Positions 1 to 4,241 of a DNA stretch of 4,241 nucleotides are shown here, piece by piece. This stretch comes from Qubevirus faecium. Both the position numbers and the translations under genes were made by a program. A model generated the notes under the pieces. It ran no database searches and was not told the DNA's origin. It saw only the letters and a program-made list of their open reading frames with translations. The stretch is taken from the sequence record FJ539132.1; one strand, 5' to 3'. The number at the start of each line of letters is the position of its first letter. Position 1 is the first letter of the stretch.

Positions 1-51
1 GGGGTAGGCCCCGTAAGGGGCCTGCCTTCACCGCACTACAGAGGAGAATCT
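1..51 (+). promoter_or_regulatory. 5' untranslated leader with terminal GGGG and a 5'-proximal hairpin (stem 5-12 / 17-24, GUAA tetraloop 13-16)
   Basis: Seen: AGGCCCC (6-12) is the exact reverse complement of GGGGCCT (17-23), extended by a U5-G24 wobble, with a GNRA-type loop GUAA. Established: Qbeta and MS2 RNAs begin with G-runs followed by a stable 5' hairpin; the complement of this end is the 3' CCC initiation site of the minus strand. Confidence 0.7.
41..46 (+). promoter_or_regulatory. Shine-Dalgarno sequence (GAGGAG) for the maturation protein gene
   Basis: Seen: GAGGAG at 41-46, 5 nt upstream of ATG 52. Confidence 0.7.
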
Positions 52-1374
52 ATGCCAGCCCTACCAAGAGGTCTTCGCTTTGGTTCGAATGGCGAAATCT
101 TAAACGATTTCAACGAGCTCTGGTTTCCGGAGCTCGTCTCATCCGAATTGAACTTAGGAACCTATAACCTCACGGGTTACATTAGTAACCTGCCGGGATA
201 CGAAGTGAAGGAGCGCAATAAAGGCTCTCATGTGCTTCGAACACCGTACCGTAGTACCGTGCCAGTAAACCATCTTGGATACAGGCCGGTTACGACAGTA
301 GAGTATAATCCACTGGGAACTTTCATCCGCCTGGATGGGGATGTAAAGTTTTCCGGAGGCTTGGTTAGCGCGTCGCTTAGACTTGACAACTACGTTGTCG
401 GTCTGGCTTCGCAGGCCGGTTTCGATTACCAGTCGGTAATCGGACCAAGGTTCTCATCGCAATTCTCCGCGTTTAGTACCAAATATGGTACTTTGCTCGG
501 GGAAGGGAGAGAAACACTTAGTTATCTTCTCCTGCTGTTTCGCAGAGTACGTGAAGGGATCCGCGCCGTAAGGCGTGGAGATCTCAAGCGTCTCAGGAAT
601 CTGGTTAGGAGCTACGAACCGACGTCCGTGAATGGACGTCGACAAGCAGCCTCCTTTTCAGGGACCTATCGCGACGAACTTGCCAATGGCAAGTGGAAAG
701 ACAGTAGTGCGAGCGACCTGTGGCTCGAATTCCGTTATGGGTTGATGCCGTTGTTCTACGACATACAATCTTTAATGGAAGACTTCATGCGTGTTCATAA
801 GAAAATCGCAAAAATTCAGCGATTCTCGGCTGGGCACGGTAAGCTCGTTGAGGTGTCCGGGACTTTCTACCCGGATGTCCACTTCGGCCTTGAGGTCACC
901 GCAGTGTTGCAGCGGCGTCATCGTTGGGGTGTCATATACCAGGATACTGGTTCTTATGCCACTTTCGACAATGGTCGGCTGGTCCCGGTGAAGGACTGGC
1001 AGACAGCGGCGTTTGCACTCCTTAACCCGGCTGAAACTGCATGGGAATTAACACCCTACAGTTTCGTTGCGGATTGGTTTGTGAACGTTGGTGATATGCT
1101 CGAGCAGATCGGACAACTCTATCGGCACGTCGACGTTGTCGACGGCTTTGATAGAAAGGACGTGAAACTCCGTAGCGTATCCGTGCGCGTGATTGCGAAC
1201 GGTGCAACGAACACACAGTTTGTCCTAAGACGAGCTAGTTTGTTGCATAGTTTCTATTCGCGCGTACATACCGTTGCGTTTCCGCAAATTTCACCACAAC
1301 TCGATACTGAGGTACGTAGCGTTAAGCACGTTATCGACAGTATCGCCCTTCTAACTCAGCGTTTTAAACGCTAA
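52..1374 (+). CDS. A2: Maturation protein (A2 / A protein), the pilus-binding virion protein; in Qbeta-type phages it also acts as the lysis protein
   Basis: Seen: 440-codon ORF, ATG at 52 with SD upstream, TAA stop at 1372-1374, first gene of the genome. Recalled: N-terminus MPALPRGLRFGSNGEILNDFNELWFPEL and internal blocks (FSAFS.KYGT, RAV.RGDL, LWLEFRYGLMPLFYDI, AWELTPYSFV.DWF.NVGDML, VVDGFDR.D, HV.DSI.LLTQR.KR) match Qbeta A2. Lysis function is inference from the Qbeta paradigm. Confidence 0.93.
   Translation: MPALPRGLRFGSNGEILNDFNELWFPELVSSELNLGTYNLTGYISNLPGYEVKERNKGSHVLRTPYRSTVPVNHLGYRPVTTVEYNPLGTFIRLDGDVKFSGGLVSASLRLDNYVVGLASQAGFDYQSVIGPRFSSQFSAFSTKYGTLLGEGRETLSYLLLLFRRVREGIRAVRRGDLKRLRNLVRSYEPTSVNGRRQAASFSGTYRDELANGKWKDSSASDLWLEFRYGLMPLFYDIQSLMEDFMRVHKKIAKIQRFSAGHGKLVEVSGTFYPDVHFGLEVTAVLQRRHRWGVIYQDTGSYATFDNGRLVPVKDWQTAAFALLNPAETAWELTPYSFVADWFVNVGDMLEQIGQLYRHVDVVDGFDRKDVKLRSVSVRVIANGATNTQFVLRRASLLHSFYSRVHTVAFPQISPQLDTEVRSVKHVIDSIALLTQRFKR
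1358..1372 (+). other. Small hairpin at the 3' end of the maturation gene (stem 1358-1363 / 1367-1372, loop UUA), overlapping the stop codon
   Basis: Seen: AGCGTT (1358-1363) pairs with AACGCT (1367-1372) around a 3-nt loop; UAA stop at 1372-1374. Function not determined from sequence. Confidence 0.4.
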
Positions 1375-1394
1375 ATCTTTGGGTCAATTTGATC

Positions 1395-1793
1395 ATGGCA
1401 AAATTAAATCAGGTAACACTTACCAAATTAGGTAAGGCGGGCGATCAGACTTTAACTCTTACTCCACGTGGGGTAAATCCCACTAACGGAGTGGCGTCGC
1501 TGTCCGAAGCTGGTGCTGTACCGGCTCTCGAGAAGCGAGTAACTGTGTCAGTTGCTCAGCCATCCCGTAACCGTAAGAACTATAAAGTTCAGATTAAGCT
1601 CCAAAACCCGACTGCATGCACGAAGGACGCATGTGACCCATCTGTGACGCGTTCCGCGTTCGCGGACCTAACGCTTTCGTTCACGTCGTATTCTACTGAC
1701 GCTGAACGTGCGCTGATTCGCACTGAATTGGCGGCTCTGTTGCAAGATCCTCTGATTGTCGATGCAATCGATAATCTGAACCCTGCATACTGA
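1395..1793 (+). CDS. Major coat (capsid) protein, 132 aa, terminated by a leaky UGA
   Basis: Seen: ATG at 1395 (the track's 1389 start is an upstream in-frame TTG giving MIM...; ATG 1395 gives MAKLNQ...), TGA at 1791-1793, two cysteines in ACTKDACD. Recalled: near-identity to Qbeta coat across PRGVNPTNGVASLS, PALEKRVTVSV, QPSRNRKNYKVQ, CDPSVTR, and C-terminal DAID.LNPAY. Confidence 0.95.
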   Translation: MAKLNQVTLTKLGKAGDQTLTLTPRGVNPTNGVASLSEAGAVPALEKRVTVSVAQPSRNRKNYKVQIKLQNPTACTKDACDPSVTRSAFADLTLSFTSYSTDAERALIRTELAALLQDPLIVDAIDNLNPAY

Positions 1794-2387
1794 GCGGCGT
1801 TATTGGCAGCCTCGTCTAGCGGTGGGGATAACCCAAAGCCAGACGTTCCGGATCGTCCAGACGTCAAACCGCCAGGCGGAACGGGCAGCTATCGCTGTCC
1901 GTTTACCTGTTACCGCCTCGGTAATATCATCGAGGTAGGGCAAAACGGTTCTCCTGACATCTATGCCAGGGGAGACGAGGTCCAGGTTATGTTCGATTAT
2001 GCTCTCGAGGATTTCCTTGGGAACACCAATTGGCGTAACTGGGATCAGCGACTATCAAATTATGATATAGCTAATCGTCGTCGTTGCCGAGGCAATGGTT
2101 ACGTTGACCTGGACGCAACTGCGATGCAGACCGACAGCTTTGTGCTATCCGGTAAGTATCCAGTGCGGAAGGTCAAGTTTCCAGGTGCCTTTGGCGCCCT
2201 CAAGTATCTCCTTAACATAAAGGATGATGCCTGGGTGGACTTGTCCGAGGTAACGGCCTACCGTTCCTATGGAATGGTCATCGGTTTCTGGACGGACTCT
2301 AAGAGCCCGCAGCTGCCGAGTGACTTCACCCAATTTGACAGTACGAATTGTCCTGTTCAGACGGTGATCGTCATACCCTCACTTTAA
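1395..2387 (+). CDS. A1: Read-through minor capsid protein A1 (coat plus C-terminal extension, about 330 aa with UGA decoded as Trp)
   Basis: Seen: the coat frame and the 1803-2387 ORF are the same reading frame (1395 and 1803 are both 0 mod 3); the track's M at 1803 is a TTG inside the extension, not an independent start. Recalled: extension blocks match the Qbeta A1 read-through domain (KPD.P..PD..PPGGTG.Y.CPF, LGNT.WR.WD.RLS, CRGNGY.DLDAT, PGAFG, VIGFW.D, FDFT.FD.T.CP.Q.VIV.P). Confidence 0.85.
1791..1793 (+). promoter_or_regulatory. Leaky UGA stop codon: programmed translational read-through site between coat and the A1 extension
   Basis: Seen: TGA at 1791-1793 is followed by an in-frame open frame of 197 sense codons up to TAA 2385-2387. 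Established: Qbeta coat UGA is occasionally read as Trp to make A1. Confidence 0.85.
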
Positions 2388-2395
2388 GCAACTTA

Positions 2396-2401
2396 AAGGA
2401 G
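2396..2401 (+). promoter_or_regulatory. Shine-Dalgarno sequence (AAGGAG) for the replicase gene
   Basis: Seen: AAGGAG at 2396-2401, 5 nt upstream of ATG 2407. Confidence 0.75.
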
Positions 2402-2402
2402 A

Positions 2403-2422
2403 TAGCATGTCTAAGACAGCTA
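2403..2422 (+). promoter_or_regulatory. Coat-protein translational operator hairpin covering the replicase start codon (8-bp stem, bulged A2407, 3-nt loop UAA 2412-2414)
   Basis: Seen: UAGC-A-UGUC (2403-2411) pairs with GACAGCUA (2415-2422); the unpaired bulge A is the A of the AUG at 2407-2409. Recalled: the Qbeta operator has the same 8-bp stem, bulged A and 3-nt loop, and coat dimers bind it to repress replicase translation. Confidence 0.75.
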
Positions 2423-4137
2423 GTCACAGAAAGAAAATTACTCACCTATTGAGTAAGGTCGACATCGACTTCGAAGACGACATCCATATGTCTATCGCCA
2501 ATGATCTTTTTAAGGCCTTTGGCGTTGCACCACTTACGTCAGCGGAGCAGTGTATCAACACTCCGTTCCCTGACACTTCGATGACTGCTGATGCATTTCG
2601 CATCGCGTATCTGCGGTCAGAGATCCTTAGTAAGTATAGTGCGCACCCTCTCGGTATTGATACCGAAGCAGTAGCTTGGGAGAAGTTCCTAGCTGCTGAA
2701 GAGGGCTGTAGACAAACGAACGAACGACTGTCGCAGGCTAAGTACCATGACAATTCCATTTTGTCATGGGGCGAGCGTGTTATCCACACTGCTCGTCGAA
2801 AAATACTTAAGCTTATAGGCGAGTCTGTTCCGCTCGGGGATGTGGCGCTGCGCTGCCGATTTTCTGGCGGCGCGACGACCTCGGTTAACCGTTTACACGG
2901 CCACCCGTCGTGGAAGCATGCCTGTCCGCAGGATGTTACCAAACGCGCATTCAAATACCTACAAGCGTATAAAATGGCTTGTGGTGACATCGTAGACTTA
3001 CGTGTCAATGAGGTGCGCACTTCGAATAAAGCAGTCACTGTTCCAAAGAACAGTAAGACCGATCGTTGCATTGCCATCGAACCCGGATGGAATATGTTTT
3101 TCCAACTGGGTGTCGGTGCGGTGCTACGCGATAGGTTGCGCCTTTGGGGGATTGACCTTAATGATCAATCCATCAATCAGCGCCTCGCACGCGATGCGTC
3201 ACAGCTTGACCATTTGGCCACTGTTGACTTATCCGCAGCAAGTGATTCAATCAGCCTTAAGCTGGTGGAGTTACTACTACCGCCTGACTGGTTTGGCGTC
3301 CTGACCGATCTCCGATCGGATCAGGGTATCCTACCTGATGGGCGTGCCGTTACCTACGAGAAAATATCCTCCATGGGTAATGGCTACACTTTCGAGCTTG
3401 AGTCGCTCATATTTGCAGCGATCGCTCGGAGTGTGTGCGAGTTACTGGATCTTGACCAATCAACTGTCAGCGTGTACGGAGATGATATAATCATCGATTC
3501 CCGTGCTGCTGCAACCCTTATGGATGTGTTCGAGTACGTTGGGTTCACCCCTAACAGAAAGAAGACCTTTGTAAGTGGTCCCTTTAGAGAGTCGTGCGGA
3601 AAGCACTGGCACTCTGGGGTTGATGTAACGCCTTTTTACATACGCCGCCCAATACGTTGCCTAGTCGACATGATACTTGTTCTGAATAGTATCTATCGGT
3701 GGGGCACGATTGACGGCGTATGGGATCCTAGGGTGCTGCCCGTATACCAGAAGTACGTGAATATGCTGCCGAGAAATTGGCGGCGTAACACGATACCTGA
3801 TGGTTACGGAGACGGCGCTCTCGTCGGATTGGCTACAACGAATCCGTTTGTTATAGTCAAGAATTTCTCGAGACTATACCCGGTATTAGTTGAAGTCCAG
3901 AAGGACGTCAAGCGTCACGAGTACGGCAGTTATTTATATGCCATGCTACGCGACCGCGAGACACGTTACAATCCCTTCCTGCGTGTCGCAGATGGGACTG
4001 GGTTTGATGAAGCACCGCTAGCTACTAGCCTTCGTCGCAAGACAGGTCGGTACAAAGTGGCGTGGATTCAGGACAGTGCCTTCATCCGGCCCCCGTATTT
4101 TCTTACGGGACTTCCCGAGGTGAAGCTTGCTAGCTAG
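2407..4137 (+). CDS. RNA-dependent RNA polymerase, replicase beta subunit (576 aa)
   Basis: Seen: ATG 2407 with SD, TAG stop at 4135-4137; palm motifs in frame: motif A TVDLSAASDSI (3220-3252), motif B SSMGNGYTFELESLIF (3367-3414), motif C YGDD (3475-3486). Recalled: N-terminus MSKTAS and many blocks (GIDTEAVAWEKFLAAE, CRFSGGATT, NKAVTVPKNSKTDRCIAIEPGWNMFFQLG, YEKISSMGNGYTFELESLIFA, FRESCGKH, TIDGVWDPR, IPDGYGDGALVG) match Qbeta replicase. Confidence 0.96.
   Translation: MSKTASHRKKITHLLSKVDIDFEDDIHMSIANDLFKAFGVAPLTSAEQCINTPFPDTSMTADAFRIAYLRSEILSKYSAHPLGIDTEAVAWEKFLAAEEGCRQTNERLSQAKYHDNSILSWGERVIHTARRKILKLIGESVPLGDVALRCRFSGGATTSVNRLHGHPSWKHACPQDVTKRAFKYLQAYKMACGDIVDLRVNEVRTSNKAVTVPKNSKTDRCIAIEPGWNMFFQLGVGAVLRDRLRLWGIDLNDQSINQRLARDASQLDHLATVDLSAASDSISLKLVELLLPPDWFGVLTDLRSDQGILPDGRAVTYEKISSMGNGYTFELESLIFAAIARSVCELLDLDQSTVSVYGDDIIIDSRAAATLMDVFEYVGFTPNRKKTFVSGPFRESCGKHWHSGVDVTPFYIRRPIRCLVDMILVLNSIYRWGTIDGVWDPRVLPVYQKYVNMLPRNWRRNTIPDGYGDGALVGLATTNPFVIVKNFSRLYPVLVEVQKDVKRHEYGSYLYAMLRDRETRYNPFLRVADGTGFDEAPLATSLRRKTGRYKVAWIQDSAFIRPPYFLTGLPEVKLAS
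3475..3486 (+). other. RdRp catalytic motif C (YGDD) within the replicase
   Basis: Seen: TAC GGA GAT GAT in the replicase frame (codon offset 356 from ATG 2407). Established: YGDD is the catalytic motif of levivirus replicases. Confidence 0.9.
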
Positions 4138-4148
4138 ACACTAGCTAG
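4130..4148 (+). other. Perfect hairpin over the replicase stop codon: two copies of the self-complementary octamer CUAGCUAG separated by ACA
   Basis: Seen: CTAGCTAG at 4130-4137 and again at 4141-4148 with loop ACA (4138-4140), giving an 8-bp perfect stem; the replicase UAG (4135-4137) is in the 5' arm. Confidence 0.6.
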
Positions 4149-4241
4149 TAATGGGAAGGGGCTCATTTGAGGCCCCGGAAGGAGAAAGAAAGAAAACTCC
4201 CTCCTGAGAGGGTGGGCTCTGCTTTGCCCTCTCTCCTCCCA
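4138..4241 (+). promoter_or_regulatory. 3' untranslated region with hairpins (for example 4158-4176 GGGGCU...GGCCCC; 4199-4212 CCCUC/GAGGG) and terminal ...CUCUCCUCCCA
   Basis: Seen: stem-loops as listed; pyrimidine-rich tail ending CCCA. Recalled: Qbeta RNA ends ...GCUUUGCCCUCUCUCCUCCCA, almost identical to 4221-4241. Established: replicase initiates opposite the 3' CCC, and the terminal A is added non-templated. Confidence 0.75.

Larger units (their letters stand above)
1..4241 (+). other. Complete or near-complete genome of a Qbeta-like positive-sense ssRNA bacteriophage, presented as cDNA
   Basis: Seen: starts GGGG, ends CCCA; three large + strand ORFs plus an in-frame post-UGA extension fill 4241 nt in the order maturation, coat, read-through, replicase. 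Recalled: the translations resemble Qbeta A2 (MP.LPRGLRFG...EILNDF.ELWFP), coat (MAKL...PRGVNPTNGVASLS.AGAVPALEKRVTVSV.QPSRNRKNYKVQ...DAID.LNPAY) and replicase (MSKTAS...). Exact strain or species cannot be assigned without a search. Confidence 0.9.

Noticed and set aside
791-991. 66-aa + strand ORF in an alternative frame inside the maturation gene, with a hydrophobic stretch (possible embedded single-gene lysis protein)
   Set aside because: It starts at GTG with only a weak, poorly spaced purine run upstream, and a hydrophobic segment in an out-of-frame translation is common by chance. Qbeta-like phages lyse via A2. It could only be tested by expression, and nothing in the sequence supports it.
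1389-1394. Coat ORF start at 1389 (MIMAKL...)
   Set aside because: Position 1389 is an in-frame TTG. The ATG at 1395 gives MAKLNQ..., matching the known coat N-terminus of Qbeta-like phages, so 1395 is taken as the start.
1803-2387. 194-aa ORF reported as an independent gene starting with M at 1803
   Set aside because: The start is a TTG with no SD, in the same frame as coat, and 9 nt after the coat UGA. It is the read-through extension of coat (A1), not a separately initiated protein.
1794-2406. An MS2-style lysis gene overlapping the coat/replicase junction
   Set aside because: No short out-of-frame ORF with a start codon and a transmembrane-like segment spans the coat end or the replicase start. 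The interval is occupied by the in-frame A1 extension, as in Qbeta.
2442-3077. 211-aa ORF on the minus strand inside the replicase gene, plus the smaller minus-strand ORFs 454-645, 1022-1216, 1589-1867 and 2145-2333
   Set aside because: In ssRNA phages of this type the complementary strand is only a replication template and is not translated. All of these lie fully inside well-supported + strand genes and have no start context or recognisable similarity.
3002-3304. 100-aa + strand ORF in an alternative frame inside the replicase gene
   Set aside because: GTG start without an SD, fully nested in the conserved replicase core (motif A region), so strong constraint on the replicase frame makes a second functional frame unlikely. 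No independent support.
1-4241. Defence system, CRISPR array, tRNA/rRNA, mobile element or DNA promoters and terminators
   Set aside because: No direct-repeat/spacer architecture, no cloverleaf-like or rRNA-like segments, and no transposase or integrase ORFs. The genome is RNA in nature, so sigma-70 promoter or rho-independent terminator calls would be meaningless even where AT-rich hexamers occur by chance.

Overview
The window reads as a DNA (cDNA) copy of an entire positive-sense ssRNA coliphage genome of the Qbeta type (Fiersviridae/Leviviridae, Qubevirus/Allolevivirus-like), not a cellular accessory region. All genes are on the + strand in the canonical order: 5' UTR with a terminal GGGG hairpin (1-51), maturation protein A2 (52-1374), coat protein (1395-1793) ending in a leaky UGA, the in-frame read-through extension giving minor capsid protein A1 (to 2387), replicase beta subunit with a YGDD motif (2407-4137), and a structured 3' UTR ending in CCCA. 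Identification rests on gene order, sizes, the in-frame UGA arrangement, motifs visible in the translations, and my recollection of Qbeta protein and RNA sequences; no database search was run. I see no CRISPR array, tRNA, mobile element or defence system, and nothing that needs a new kind of system to explain it. The points worth a second look are the read-through stop context, the replicase operator hairpin with the start codon on a bulged A, a perfect palindromic hairpin over the replicase stop codon, and whether the maturation protein also serves as the lysis protein. Minus-strand ORFs in the track are rejected because the complementary strand of these phages is a replication intermediate, not an mRNA.
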